41,995 nucleotides of DNA, taken from NCBI GenBank assembly GCA_031371245.1, contig JANMJF010000603.1, positions 1-41,995 of the forward strand, given 5' to 3'. Both the position numbers and the translations under genes were made by a program. Positions 8,336 to 18,082 of the stretch are shown piece by piece; positions within the stretch are counted from its first letter, which is position 1; each line of letters starts with the position of its first letter. A model generated the notes under the pieces. It was given only the letters and a program-made list of their open reading frames with translations. It had not been told where the DNA came from and did no database searches. Source of the DNA: Pseudomonadota bacterium (lineage in GTDB: Bacteria; Pseudomonadota; Gammaproteobacteria; Ga0077536).

Positions 8336-9229
8336 TCAGGTGATGGAGGCCTGATAGATGCTTTCGATGGCGGCATCCAGCGCGCTATCAAAGGCCGCAT
8401 CGCTCTGCTGTTTGCTCAGACCTTCGGTCAAGGCCCGCGAGAAGCTCGCGACCATGCCGTGGTTGCGTGCCAGGCGCGTGTTGGCGTCGGCACGGGAATA
8501 GCCGCCGGACAGGGCGACCACGCGCACCACGTTCGGCTGCTTGATGCAGTCCTGATAAAAATCGTCGACTTCGGGCAGGGTGAGCTTGAGCATCACCAGC
8601 TCGTTCGGCGCGAGCGCGGTCAGCGCATCCATGACGGCACTCTTCAAGAGTTTTTCGGCGTCAGCCTTGTGCGGGCAGTGGATATCGATTTCAGGCTCGA
8701 TGATCGGCACTAGGCCCGCTGCGCATATCTGTTTGCCCACCACGAACTGTTGGGCGACCACCGCCTTGATGCCGGCGGCATTGGCCTGCTTCACCACCGA
8801 GCGCATCTTGGTGCCAAAAATACCTTTGGACTTGGCCTTCTTGAGCAAGGCATCGAGGGTCGGATTGGGTTTCATCAACTGCACGCCGTCGGCTTCGTCG
8901 GCGAGGCCTTTATCGACCTTGAGGATCGGCACGACGTTCTTCACGTTCCACAGATATTCGGCGGCCGGTTGGCCGACGAATTCACGATCCATGGTGCCTT
9001 CAAACAGGATCGCGGCGAGGATGCGTGTGCCGCTGAAGGCGGAACTCATGACGATGCGTGCGCGCATTTCGTGAACCAGCGCGAACATGCCCTCGTCGTC
9101 AGACCAGGCGCCCTCATGGATGCCGTAGAGCTGCAGCGCTTTGGGGGTCGAACCACCACTCTGGTCGAGCGCAGCGATGAAGCCTGCTGCCGTGCGCATT
9201 TTTTTGAGTTGCAGTTCGTAGTTTTTCAC
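8336..9229 (-). CDS. fda: class I fructose-bisphosphate aldolase (Staphylococcus Fda type)
   Basis: ...GFIAALDQSGGSTPKAL...ILFEGTMDRE...VPILKVDKGL...GVQLMKP...IFGTKMRSV...LVPIIEPE...VMLKLTLPE...VVRVVALSGGYSR...ASFSRAL... is colinear with the ~296-aa class I Fda as I remember it. The likely start is GTG 9229 (MKNYELQLKKMRTAAGF) with GAGGAAG upstream. ATG 9199 is the alternative. Confidence 0.9.
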   Translation of the reverse strand: MKNYELQLKKMRTAAGFIAALDQSGGSTPKALQLYGIHEGAWSDDEGMFALVHEMRARIVMSSAFSGTRILAAILFEGTMDREFVGQPAAEYLWNVKNVVPILKVDKGLADEADGVQLMKPNPTLDALLKKAKSKGIFGTKMRSVVKQANAAGIKAVVAQQFVVGKQICAAGLVPIIEPEIDIHCPHKADAEKLLKSAVMDALTALAPNELVMLKLTLPEVDDFYQDCIKQPNVVRVVALSGGYSRADANTRLARNHGMVASFSRALTEGLSKQQSDAAFDSALDAAIESIYQASIT

Positions 9230-9601
9230 GGTCTTCCTCGGCTGTAGATGGGGGTAGCCAAGGTTTTGGCTAGTGGTCTCTATTCTAACCGCCGAGCGTC
9301 GCGGCGCGAGCGTTCTACGCGCGCTGTCGCTACGCCCGACCAATCGTCATAGCTCGTCACCGTCCCATCGACAACCAGCCTCAAAGCCACGCTCCAGACG
9401 CGGCGACGTCGGTCGCTATTGAAGAAGCAGTGGCGGCCGCTGCGGTCCACCATCGATTGCCCACGCCAGCCCGGCCACCCGCAGATCAGGCACCGCGCCG
9501 CCGCTGGGCGCGCTAGCGGGTTCGCACCCGCACAATTTGCTGATAGTGACGTGCGCCATTTAAGTTTCGCCAAACTCAGCTTCTCTCACCGCCGCCCAGC
9601 C

Positions 9602-11383
9602 ATGTCGCGCTGGGTTCGATTGCTGATCACGGCGGTAGTGCTGCATCTCGGTAGCGTCGCGTTGGCGGCCGGCGGGCCGCCGACCTTGCCCGGCTTGAAC
9701 GTCGTCAGTAAGACTCTTTGGACCCCGACCGCAGTGCGCAAGGTGCTACGTACTTTTGCCTTCGGCGGGCAGGCCAGCGATGCGCAGATCGCGATCTGGG
9801 CGACCATGAAGCCGCAGGCCGCGATCGTTGAAATGCTGACTTTCGACGAGCACAACCTGCTGCTCTCGCCGCCCGACGCCCGACTTGCCAAGGAGGGCTT
9901 GCACAAGCGGCGCCAGACGCTGCGCGCGCTCGGCGATTTCTGGGCCTCGGATAACGCCGCCAACCCAGTCTTGCCCGACGAGCGTGAGCACTACGCGCGC
10001 AGCAGCTGGCACGGTGCAATGCTGGTCTGGTCGATGGCCGCTCGTGTACGCGGTGGCAATCCCTTCCGCCATCGCATTGGTTATTGGGAAACCAATTTTC
10101 ATCTCGCCGTAAACCATACGCGCGGCGTGTCGAACTATCAGTTGGTGCGTTACTACGACGATGTCATGGCCGCGCTCGCACGGGGTGACGGTTACGACCA
10201 AGTGACTGCGACCGCCGCGCTGTCCGCTGCCATCGGTCAGCAGTATCGGCATCGCTTCAACCGCTATTATGCGGGCGAGTGCTACTGCAACGAAGACTTC
10301 GCGCGCGAATTTCACCAGCTCGGCTTCGGCGTGTTGGGCAGTCGCGACAGGGACTATCACGAGCGCGTCTCGATCAAGAATACCGCCGCCGCGCTGACCG
10401 GCATGCGCTTCACCAGTAGCGAGGCGCCGGATGAGTGGCAAGCGGAAAATGTGGTGTTCGAAACCGACGGTCATGTGCCACAGCCGGTGTCTATCCTGCA
10501 CCACACGATTTATGGGGCGACCACCCGCGAGAAGATCCGTATGCTCGCGCGCTTCGATATTGAGCAGCAGGAAAGCCTCGACAATCTGCCGTTGATGATA
10601 GTGCAGAGCATTGCCGATGACAGCATCTCGACCGTCGAGGCTACCGCGCTGCGCACGGCCTGGCGCAGCATGAAGAAAAAGAATCTGCTGCGCTATCTGC
10701 GCGCCTATGCAATCTCGACCCTGTTCCACTCTACCCAGCGCGTTAAACAGCTGAGCAGTCTCGAGCGGGTGATGGTGACGGCCAATCGATTTGCCGACAC
10801 CAACCTCGAGCACTACAACGACGTGACCGAAACATGGCGTTTGTACTGGCAAGATGAAGTGGTGCCATTCGAGCCCTGGCACGACGTGTTCGGTCATCAG
10901 AACGGGCCGGAAACGGCTGGCAGCGCTGAGCTGTTCCGCAAGAATTACAAACGCGCCACTGACGCCGTTTTCAGCTACAGCCGGCAGAACTTAAATGGCG
11001 AGGCGCGGGCCAAAGACTGGCGCGCGATCATGCCGCGTGGCAAAGGCTATTTGATCGGCACCACCGCCGAATGGTTATGGCAACGCTTCGTGTCCGATGG
11101 CCTGAAGAATTTCGGACCACTGGAGCGCGCCCATCTCTATGCCTTGCTCGGTTACGGACGTGACCTCGGCGCGGTATTGCACCCGCAGTTCCCGGATACC
11201 GCGGTGACGCTCGGCGAACTCCGCCGCGGTGCCGGCAAGGCCTGGTTAGCCAAAGTCGGCGCAGCGCGGTTAGCGCTCGAAAGCAAAGACGCTGGCATCC
11301 GCGAGCGCAGCAATGATCGCATCGGCGCAGCCATCGATTTCATTATTGCCACACCGTTCATGCTGGCTGAAGAAGGGCGTTGA
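9602..11383 (+). CDS. secreted hypothetical protein (possibly DUF1800-like)
   Basis: ATG 9602 gives MSRWVRLLITAVVLHLGSVALAAGGPP..., a signal peptide. The ORF is 593 aa. The segment GYWETNFHLAVNH resembles the FW-x-NHF core of DUF1800, but no DUF1501 partner follows, so the family call is tentative. Confidence 0.75.
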   Translation: MSRWVRLLITAVVLHLGSVALAAGGPPTLPGLNVVSKTLWTPTAVRKVLRTFAFGGQASDAQIAIWATMKPQAAIVEMLTFDEHNLLLSPPDARLAKEGLHKRRQTLRALGDFWASDNAANPVLPDEREHYARSSWHGAMLVWSMAARVRGGNPFRHRIGYWETNFHLAVNHTRGVSNYQLVRYYDDVMAALARGDGYDQVTATAALSAAIGQQYRHRFNRYYAGECYCNEDFAREFHQLGFGVLGSRDRDYHERVSIKNTAAALTGMRFTSSEAPDEWQAENVVFETDGHVPQPVSILHHTIYGATTREKIRMLARFDIEQQESLDNLPLMIVQSIADDSISTVEATALRTAWRSMKKKNLLRYLRAYAISTLFHSTQRVKQLSSLERVMVTANRFADTNLEHYNDVTETWRLYWQDEVVPFEPWHDVFGHQNGPETAGSAELFRKNYKRATDAVFSYSRQNLNGEARAKDWRAIMPRGKGYLIGTTAEWLWQRFVSDGLKNFGPLERAHLYALLGYGRDLGAVLHPQFPDTAVTLGELRRGAGKAWLAKVGAARLALESKDAGIRERSNDRIGAAIDFIIATPFMLAEEGR

Positions 11384-11460
11384 AATCGCACCATCACGCC
11401 TCAGGCCCAACCCCCGATGGGTCGCAATCGTGTCGACGTGTAAAATCAGTAAGAATTCAA

Positions 11461-11485
11461 CCACCCCCTTTTGGGTGGGATTTCT
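11461..11485 (+). terminator. putative intrinsic terminator
   Basis: CCACCC (11461-11466) pairs with GGGTGG (11473-11478) around a 6-nt loop, followed by GATTTCTG. Confidence 0.4.
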
Positions 11486-11655
11486 GAGCTTCCTTACAGT
11501 TCGGTGGTCGCCGATCCCGCTCGACCGGCCGATGTCCATGATTACTCGAATGATTGCTGGAGCGCTGGAGACTGGCCTCGATCTTGCTGGACTAGATGGC
11601 CCCTATTAACCCCAAGTCGAGGGCCAACCCTCAGAATGTTCTCGGAGAAACCAAT

Positions 11656-12216
11656 ATGCCTCGTAGATTGTTAGGACTGATATTCGGCGCCTTTTTGGCG
11701 CTACCACTGGCCGCAAACGCCGCGATGTGGAATTTTGGCGGCGCGCTTAACGCCGACCAGGAAACCCACCCGCTGGTACTGCCGTCACCATACTTCGGCG
11801 GCGGTATATTGATCGCATCGCTGAATGACGTAAGCGGCGCTTTTGTGCTGGATGTGCTTTTCTCGGGTTTGACCGGGCCTGTGGCTGCCGGCCATATCCA
11901 CGGCCCGGCGCTGCCAGGGGTCGCCGCCGGCATACTCGTAGATCTGGGTCTACCGACGGTTTTTGTCCCCGGCATCTTCGCTTACCACTTTGCGCTGGGT
12001 CTGGACGCGGCGGCGATTGCGATGCTGACCACGGGTGGCACCGCAGGCGTAGGCACCCCGACGCCGCTTTATGTCAATATCCATACGCCAAGCAACACAG
12101 CCGGCGAAATCCGCGGGCAGCTGTTCGTCACGGCTTCGCCGATACCGGTGCCGCCCGCCGTGTGGCTGATGGGTTCTGCGGTGCTCGGGTTGCTGAGCGT
12201 ACGCCGTCGAGTCTAA
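11656..12216 (+). CDS. CHRD-domain protein with C-terminal VPLPA/PEP-CTERM-type sorting tail
   Basis: Signal peptide MPRRLLGLIFGAFLALPLAANA. CHRD-like core (...GPVAAGHIHGP..., ...LYVNIHTPSNTAGEIRGQL). The C-terminus IPVPPAVWLMGSAVLGLLSVRRRV has a Pro-rich motif, a TM helix and a basic cluster. Confidence 0.8.
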   Translation: MPRRLLGLIFGAFLALPLAANAAMWNFGGALNADQETHPLVLPSPYFGGGILIASLNDVSGAFVLDVLFSGLTGPVAAGHIHGPALPGVAAGILVDLGLPTVFVPGIFAYHFALGLDAAAIAMLTTGGTAGVGTPTPLYVNIHTPSNTAGEIRGQLFVTASPIPVPPAVWLMGSAVLGLLSVRRRV

Positions 12217-12241
12217 GCAGAATTAGCTGAGTTCGAATTTG

Positions 12242-12268
12242 AAAACCCCGCGCTGCGGGGTTTTTTTT
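12242..12268 (+). terminator. rho-independent terminator
   Basis: AAAACCCCGC-GCT-GCGGGGTTTTTTTT: a 6-bp GC stem (12246-12251 / 12255-12260) with a 3-nt loop and a T8 tract. Confidence 0.8.
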
Positions 12269-12373
12269 ATCCGGAACAGTTGTGGTGGGCAATGCCCGAT
12301 TTCGCCACAAGCGGTCGTGGCTTCAAACCCGATCTGAATTCTTCACAATCGCTCGCGCCAGTTCGTCCGGGGC

Positions 12374-12583
12374 GTGAGTAGCAGGCGGCGCAACTTCACG
12401 TCGTCTCTATCCGGAATAGTGGTCCTGACTGCGCCAGGGATGGCGACTTCGGATCTCACCCGTGCCCTTGGTCTTACTGGCAGCACGGTTAAATGGTATT
12501 GGCAGCGGATATTCGCCAAACTTGAGGTGCATCGTCGTTTCGAGGTGGCCAAGGTTGCCCACCATCGCGGCTGGCTAGCTTGA
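12374..12583 (+). pseudogene. orphan LuxR/GerE-type HTH domain (C-terminal remnant or stand-alone mini-regulator)
   Basis: ...LTAPGMATSDLTRALGLTGSTVKWYWQRIFAKLEVHRRFEVAKVAHHRGWLA matches only the last ~55 aa of LuxR/MalT-type regulators (T-V-K-W-h-x-x-x-I-a-x-K-L). Only about 100 nt separate it from the upstream terminator, leaving no room for a receiver or sensor domain. The start is a GTG. Confidence 0.4.
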
Positions 12584-12717
12584 GTGGACAGACGTGGCGC
12601 CGCCTGTACCGTCCGTTTGGGAGGTTGCGTGCCCACCCCGGCGCACCGAGTATTCAAATTGGCGGCGGGCCACGTCCGTCGCGTTGGGCGGCGAAATTTT
12701 TTCCGGAGGAATCGCTA

Positions 12718-13797
12718 ATGGCTGAGATTTTTCTGCAGAACGCCTGGTATTGCGCTGGCTGGGATTACGAGATTCATCAGGGTCGCAATGCGATCATCGC
12801 GCGCAAGATCGCCGGCGAACGCATCGTCCTGTACCGCAAGCCTGATGGCGGCGTGGTTGCGTTCGAAGACCGCTGTCCCCATCGCCAGGCAGCGCTGTCC
12901 CTGGGCCGCAAGGAAGGCGACGGACTACGCTGCATGTACCACGGCCTGAAGTTCAACAGCGCTGGCGTGTGCGAGGAAATCCCCGGTCAGACCACCATCC
13001 CACCGGGCACCTGCGTGCGCGCCTTCCCGGTTATCGAGAAAGACAATTGGGTCTGGGTGTGGATGGGCGACCCGGCGCTGGCGGATCCGGGATTGATCTG
13101 CTTCTCGGTTGGGCCGAGCGATCCCGCTTGGAATATCCGCACCTCGCAGATGCATGTCGAGACCAACTACCGCCGCGAGATCGAGAACCTTGCGGATCTG
13201 AGTCATATCGCCTGGGTCCATCCCCAGACTGTCGGCGGCGATCGCAAATACAGCGAAATGAAATCGCATTTCGAAATCACCCCACGGGGTTTGAACACAC
13301 GCTGCTGGGTGCGCTCAGTCGCGCCCACCGGCGCTGTCGCCCATCTTTTCCCCGAAGGTACGAAATTAGATATCTGCCTGGAAATTCAGCACACCGTGCC
13401 GTGTAACTGGATCATGCATTTCCGTGCCTTCACCGCCGGCTCGGCGACCGTTGGGGAATCCAATGGCCAACTGGTGGTGGACACCTGGACATGCCAGGCC
13501 GTGACACCTTGTGATGATGATTCAGTCGACTACTACTACTCGTGGGGCGCCAGTAAGGAAACCGAGTTCCCTGGTTTGAGCGACCTGCTCGGCAGCACTT
13601 TGGACGAGGCCTTCGAGGAAGATCGCGTCATGCTCGAAGCACAGCATCAGCGGCGCAAACAACGCCCCAATCTGCAACCCTTGAACATTGCCAACGATAC
13701 GGGTCCGATCAAAATGCTGTGGGTGCTGGATAAGCTGCTCGCACAAGAGCGATCTGCGACGGCTCCGTCACGCAATGCCCATGAGCAAACTGCCTGA
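12718..13797 (+). CDS. Rieske [2Fe-2S] aromatic-ring O-demethylase/hydroxylase oxygenase component (VanA/phthalate family)
   Basis: ATG 12718 follows GGAGGA. Rieske motif CPHRQAALSLGRKEGDGLRCMYHGLKF (C-x-H...C-x-x-H). Mononuclear iron motif NLADLSHIAWVH (D-x2-H-x4-H). 359 aa. No reductase partner gene is adjacent. Confidence 0.9.
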   Translation: MAEIFLQNAWYCAGWDYEIHQGRNAIIARKIAGERIVLYRKPDGGVVAFEDRCPHRQAALSLGRKEGDGLRCMYHGLKFNSAGVCEEIPGQTTIPPGTCVRAFPVIEKDNWVWVWMGDPALADPGLICFSVGPSDPAWNIRTSQMHVETNYRREIENLADLSHIAWVHPQTVGGDRKYSEMKSHFEITPRGLNTRCWVRSVAPTGAVAHLFPEGTKLDICLEIQHTVPCNWIMHFRAFTAGSATVGESNGQLVVDTWTCQAVTPCDDDSVDYYYSWGASKETEFPGLSDLLGSTLDEAFEEDRVMLEAQHQRRKQRPNLQPLNIANDTGPIKMLWVLDKLLAQERSATAPSRNAHEQTA

Positions 13798-14560
13798 CCT
13801 GTAGCGGGGTATTGCTTGCCAACGAAGTAGCGCTTGAATCGACGGGGAGATCACACTGGGCAGATCACGAAAGAAGCACTACTCGAACGAAGTGCGGCGC
13901 AGCTGCCAGGCATTGCCGCGCGCGCACAGATGTCACACGCGAGATGAGCCGTACCAGTCTGTCAACGGGCTGGGTCACCGCTTTCTCTATCGGACACAAC
14001 CGGATGCTGACCAAGTTTGCGGAACAAGCTCAACGCCTGAAGTCATGGGAGCCCACTGCGGTGGTCTCGAAGGGGCGACTGCGGTCTACGAGACACTCAT
14101 GCAAAACAAGGTCATGACCTGGGGTGGCGACGTGCGGGCGCACAAGCACGCCGTGCACATCAATCTCGGCGAAGCGCATGCACCGGCGCGCGCCGCCGGC
14201 ATACCCCTTGAGCGCCTGATCGTCGCTACCGAAGCATGCATGCACCAGCGCGAGTTCTCGGTCGATACGCGCGTCGATCTGAAAATGCGCGCTGGATACA
14301 TCGCCGACCTGTGCCACGAAGGAGTGAACGCGATGATTTCGTCGAACGCGAGCTTGCCTATGAACTCTATGGCAGGCATCGCTTAGGGTTGGCGCCGAAC
14401 TACCCGCTGTTTTGGGATCAGGCGTCCCTTAGCGGGAGTCGCCAACGACGGCGCTGACCCGCCCGTCGTTGTGCGATGAAAGCAATAGGCGCAATTCCAT
14501 CTGTCGGTCTTTAACCGGCGTTCAAAGGCGGGGATTGGGATCATCAAATATCACACGATA

Positions 14561-14980
14561 GTGCTGGCGTCATTGTTGACGACGACGATGCTTGCAACCG
14601 CCGACGAAGACAGCGCGGTCGCGCAAGGCAAGCGCCACCAAGCGATACCACTGCGCGCGGAAGTAACGCCCCTATTGAAGGACGATATCGAGGGCGTGTC
14701 CGGCAAAGCGGCCGCCCTGTTTCTAGTCCGGGTCCCGCCTGGGGCGGCCGATCCCGTCCATCGCCACAACGCATTAGTCTACGTTTATATGCTGGAGGGA
14801 TCAGTTGCCATGCAGGTCCGCAGTCGACGTGAGGTCATCTTGACCGCGGGTCAAACCTTCGTCGAAAAGCCGAGCGACATCCACATCGTAGGCCGAAACC
14901 TCAGTACCACCGACCCGGCGCGATTCCTCGCGTACTTCGTCAAAGATAAAGATGCGCCGCCGGTCTTGCCCGCCGAGTGA
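14561..14980 (+). CDS. cupin-domain protein, probably exported
   Basis: GTG start. Hydrophobic N-terminus LASLLTTTMLATA. Cupin motif ...VPPGAADPVHRHNALVYVYMLEGSV... Confidence 0.7.
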   Translation: MLASLLTTTMLATADEDSAVAQGKRHQAIPLRAEVTPLLKDDIEGVSGKAAALFLVRVPPGAADPVHRHNALVYVYMLEGSVAMQVRSRREVILTAGQTFVEKPSDIHIVGRNLSTTDPARFLAYFVKDKDAPPVLPAE

Positions 14981-15058
14981 TTCCCAAACACTCCGAGCGG
15001 CTGTCCGCTCGGCTCGTTCACGCGAGCAAGGACCGTATCGGACCGGTGCAGCCAATCG

Positions 15059-17443
15059 TCAGGCGCTGAGCAGTGACAGCCGTGGCGCTACTGGGGTCGC
15101 CGCCTGCCACTCCTTCAGCCAGGTCTCAAGCGCATCTGCCGCGAGCGGCCGACTGATGTAATAGCCTTGGGCGATGTCGCAACCCCAGGCCGTGAGCATG
15201 GCTTGCGCCTCGGCCCGCTCGACCCCTTCGGCGACGACGGTGAGCCCCATGTTGTGACCGAGATCTATGGTGCTGCGCACGATGGCAGCATCGTCGGCGT
15301 CCTTGTCCATGTTGAGCACAAATGACTTATCTATCTTGAGCTCTGACACCGGTAAACGTTTCAGGTAGGCCAATGACGAATAGCCCGTGCCGAAGTCGTC
15401 GATCGACAAACGCAGGCCTAGGGCGTGCAGACGCTGGAGATTGTCCTGAGCGCGCACCGGATCATCCATGATGGCGCTCTCGGTGACTTCCAACGTCAAG
15501 CCACTGACCGCAATACCGTGGCGCGTGATGCACTGCGCGATATAGGCTGGCAAATCATTGTTCAGAAGATCGCGCGCCGAGACATTGATACATACATCGA
15601 GTTGCATGCCGACACGCCGCCAGCACGCGAGCTGCGCGCAAGCTGCTTCGATGACCCATTGCGTGATATTGCGGATATAGCCAGTCTGCTCAGCGAACGG
15701 AATGAAATCATCGGGTGGCACAAACCCGCGCACTGGATGTCGCCAGCGCACGAGCGCCTTGGCTTGCACGGCACAGCCGCTGGCGAGATCGATTTTAGGT
15801 TGGTAGAGCAGCACCAGTTCGTTGTTTTCGACAGCGCTCCGCAGTTCGCCGAGCAACGACAGTCGCTCCGGGCTCTGTTCATAGCTGGGGTCATACTCGG
15901 CGTAGCCGCTGCGCGTTCGCTTGGCGACGGTCATGCTCAGATCGACCCGACTCATCAGGACAGGAACGTCGTCGCCGTGGTCCGGATAGACGACGATGCC
16001 GACACTGCCGCCGACATCGACCACCTGGTTGCCAACATTCAGGGGGGGTTCCAGTACCTCCATCAGTCGCACGGCCGTGCGTCGCGCAGCGGCGAGATCT
16101 GCATCAGGCAAGAGGATCGCGAATTCGTCGCCACCCAGGCGCGCCAGCGTATCGGACTTGCGTGCCAGCAAGCCCTGTAAGCGCTGGGCAACGGCCTGCA
16201 AGACCAGATCGCCGTATTGATGACCGAGGGTGGTATTGATCAGTTGAAAATTGTCGAGATCAAGCAGCAGAACGCTCACCGCGCCATGGCTGCGTTGCGC
16301 GTGGGCCAGCGCCTGCTGCAGTCGATCATGGAGCAGCGCACGATTCGGCAACTGCGTGAGGCCATCGCGATAGGCGAGATCCATGATAGTGGACTCGCGG
16401 GTGGCGATAGCCTCGCGCATTTGATTGAAGGCCGTGGCCAGCAAGCCCAGCTCGTCACGTGAGGTAATTTCTGCCGATTGCGTGTAATCACCGCTGGCCA
16501 TGGCCTGCGCCACGACGCCAAGCTGGCGAAGCGGGTTGGTAACGCCGCGCGCGATGACGAAACTGCCGAACAGCGCCGCGCTAAGGCCGATCAGGGTCAT
16601 GGTCATGAGATAGTTGCGTAGCTGCGCGGCACCTTGCAGGGCCGATGCCAGTGAGCGCTGCAGAATAGCGACGGCCGCTGTATCGGTGTTGACCGTGAGC
16701 GTCGCGACCGCGGTCATATCGGTCGCATCGCGTAGCGGTTCGGTCGATTGCGAAGTGCGAGCGTCGAGCAATTGTGCGAAGCGGCGACTGGCGGCGGCTT
16801 GGTCTGTGGGCGGCAGCGTGGTGCCGCCCAGTCGCCAGTCGTGCTGGCCCGAACGGGTCAGGAACGACACTTTCAGCCCGGTCAGATCGGCCAGTTCACG
16901 CGCTACCTCGTCTTCAACGACGAAGCCCATTGCCACCCACCCGACTATCGCCGGCGCGCGCACGGCCAGCACGACCACCTGATAGAGCCGACCACCCGTC
17001 ACGGCCAAGCCAGCGGCCTGACCGGATGACTGCGCCTGAGTCAGCAGGGCGCCGTAGGGAAATGCGCCTTTGACATCGAACTCGGGCACCGTGCTGGCGG
17101 TGATGCGGCCGTTCAGATCGGTCATCATGAGGAGGTCGGCCTTGATGCGTCGACCGTGATTTTCGAGTGCCGATCGCAAGGTCGCCGCATCATCCGTTGC
17201 GACCGCCTCGCGGAATGCAAAATCGGCGGCGAGCACCACGGCGGCTTGGCGCAATTGCAGCGATTTATCCTCAAGAATGCGCGCGAAGACACGCTCGCCG
17301 ACCGCCAGCTCGCGCGTGACCTGACGCTCGGCGCTGCTGCTGGTGAAGAAACTGATGCCGGCAATCGCTACGCAGGCAAGTATCAACACCAGGCCGCCAA
17401 AGAAAGCGACGATGCGGCTGCGGATTGAGCGCGGTGCTATCAC
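15059..17443 (-). CDS. membrane sensor diguanylate cyclase/phosphodiesterase (TM, ~240-aa periplasmic domain, TM, HAMP, GGDEF, EAL)
   Basis: TM1 is IVAFFGGLVLILACVAIAGISFF and TM2 is YLMTMTLIGLSAALFGSFVIA. HAMP region (...ASGDYTQSAEITSRDELGLLATAFNQM...). GGDEF domain with I-site (RKSD-x5-GGDEF). EAL domain (QPKIDL..., EVTES..., DDFGTGYSSL..., ELKIDKSF). GTG start lies 6 nt after the upstream stop. Confidence 0.95.
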   Translation of the reverse strand: MIAPRSIRSRIVAFFGGLVLILACVAIAGISFFTSSSAERQVTRELAVGERVFARILEDKSLQLRQAAVVLAADFAFREAVATDDAATLRSALENHGRRIKADLLMMTDLNGRITASTVPEFDVKGAFPYGALLTQAQSSGQAAGLAVTGGRLYQVVVLAVRAPAIVGWVAMGFVVEDEVARELADLTGLKVSFLTRSGQHDWRLGGTTLPPTDQAAASRRFAQLLDARTSQSTEPLRDATDMTAVATLTVNTDTAAVAILQRSLASALQGAAQLRNYLMTMTLIGLSAALFGSFVIARGVTNPLRQLGVVAQAMASGDYTQSAEITSRDELGLLATAFNQMREAIATRESTIMDLAYRDGLTQLPNRALLHDRLQQALAHAQRSHGAVSVLLLDLDNFQLINTTLGHQYGDLVLQAVAQRLQGLLARKSDTLARLGGDEFAILLPDADLAAARRTAVRLMEVLEPPLNVGNQVVDVGGSVGIVVYPDHGDDVPVLMSRVDLSMTVAKRTRSGYAEYDPSYEQSPERLSLLGELRSAVENNELVLLYQPKIDLASGCAVQAKALVRWRHPVRGFVPPDDFIPFAEQTGYIRNITQWVIEAACAQLACWRRVGMQLDVCINVSARDLLNNDLPAYIAQCITRHGIAVSGLTLEVTESAIMDDPVRAQDNLQRLHALGLRLSIDDFGTGYSSLAYLKRLPVSELKIDKSFVLNMDKDADDAAIVRSTIDLGHNMGLTVVAEGVERAEAQAMLTAWGCDIAQGYYISRPLAADALETWLKEWQAATPVAPRLSLLSA

Positions 17444-17449
17444 GAGTGG

Positions 17450-18082
17450 CTATTCGAGCGGTGGTGGCAGAGGCAGATCCTGGCGCAAGGCCACCGTCAG
17501 CGTCTGCGCTGGGGTCGCGGCCTCGACGTGCAGCGTCGCAGGTGGCGTTGCGGTGTCGTCGTCAATCATCTGGTAATGCCAGGATTGGAGTGCATAGTCG
17601 CCGGCCGGCAATGACGTCAGTTGCACCGTACCGGTGGCATCGGTCAGTGCGAAATACGGGGCATCGACGATATAGACATAGGCAATCATGCCATCGTGAA
17701 TATTGCAGCCGAGCACCACCAGCCCCGCTTTATCGAAAGTCACCGGCGCGGCCGTGATGCCGTGATAGAGCTTCAACTGGAATACTTTCGGTGGTGAAAA
17801 AGAATAGACGTGATGTTTGATGTCGTCTTTGTTCGGGAAGCTGACGGTGGTGCCTTTTGCCAGCGCGCTCACGCGCGGCTCGAATTTCTGGTTGATCTGG
17901 TCGATGATTGCGGTGCGCGAGGGCGACGGGGCAACTGTACCGCCAGGACGCGCGAACACCACGGCATCGGCTAGCGGCCGGCCCTGCGTATCGACCACGT
18001 GCACCTCAAGTGCAGCTGTGTTGCCCGCAGCCAGCAGCACGAATGCGAGGGCGGACAGGCCACACCCTGACCAGCACCTCAT
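17450..18082 (-). CDS. periplasmic cupredoxin-like protein (amicyanin-type copper-ligand spacing; family often annotated 'methylamine utilization protein')
   Basis: Signal peptide MRCWSGCGLSALAFVLLAAGNTAA. Candidate type-1 Cu ligands are DIKHHVYSF (His) and GCNIHDGM (C-x2-H-x2-M, the spacing seen in amicyanin). Flanked by Ig-like segments. The start ATG overlaps the upstream stop (ATGA at 18079-18082). Confidence 0.8.
   Translation of the reverse strand: MRCWSGCGLSALAFVLLAAGNTAALEVHVVDTQGRPLADAVVFARPGGTVAPSPSRTAIIDQINQKFEPRVSALAKGTTVSFPNKDDIKHHVYSFSPPKVFQLKLYHGITAAPVTFDKAGLVVLGCNIHDGMIAYVYIVDAPYFALTDATGTVQLTSLPAGDYALQSWHYQMIDDDTATPPATLHVEAATPAQTLTVALRQDLPLPPPLE

Noticed and set aside
12225-12241. 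GAGTTCGAATTTG resembling a tRNA T-loop (GGTTCGAATCC).
   Set aside because: No acceptor stem, anticodon arm or D-arm can be built around it. It lies between a stop codon and the intrinsic terminator. I found no tRNA anywhere in the window.
13892-14386. 164-aa ORF in the gene-poor stretch 13798-14560. The segment GIPLERLIVATEAC...DLKMRAGYIADL faintly resembles the C-terminal end of metal-dependent amidohydrolases.
   Set aside because: The resemblance is short and weak, with no credible start or RBS and no metal-binding His motifs seen. I treat it as at most a decayed remnant. BLASTX would be needed to decide.
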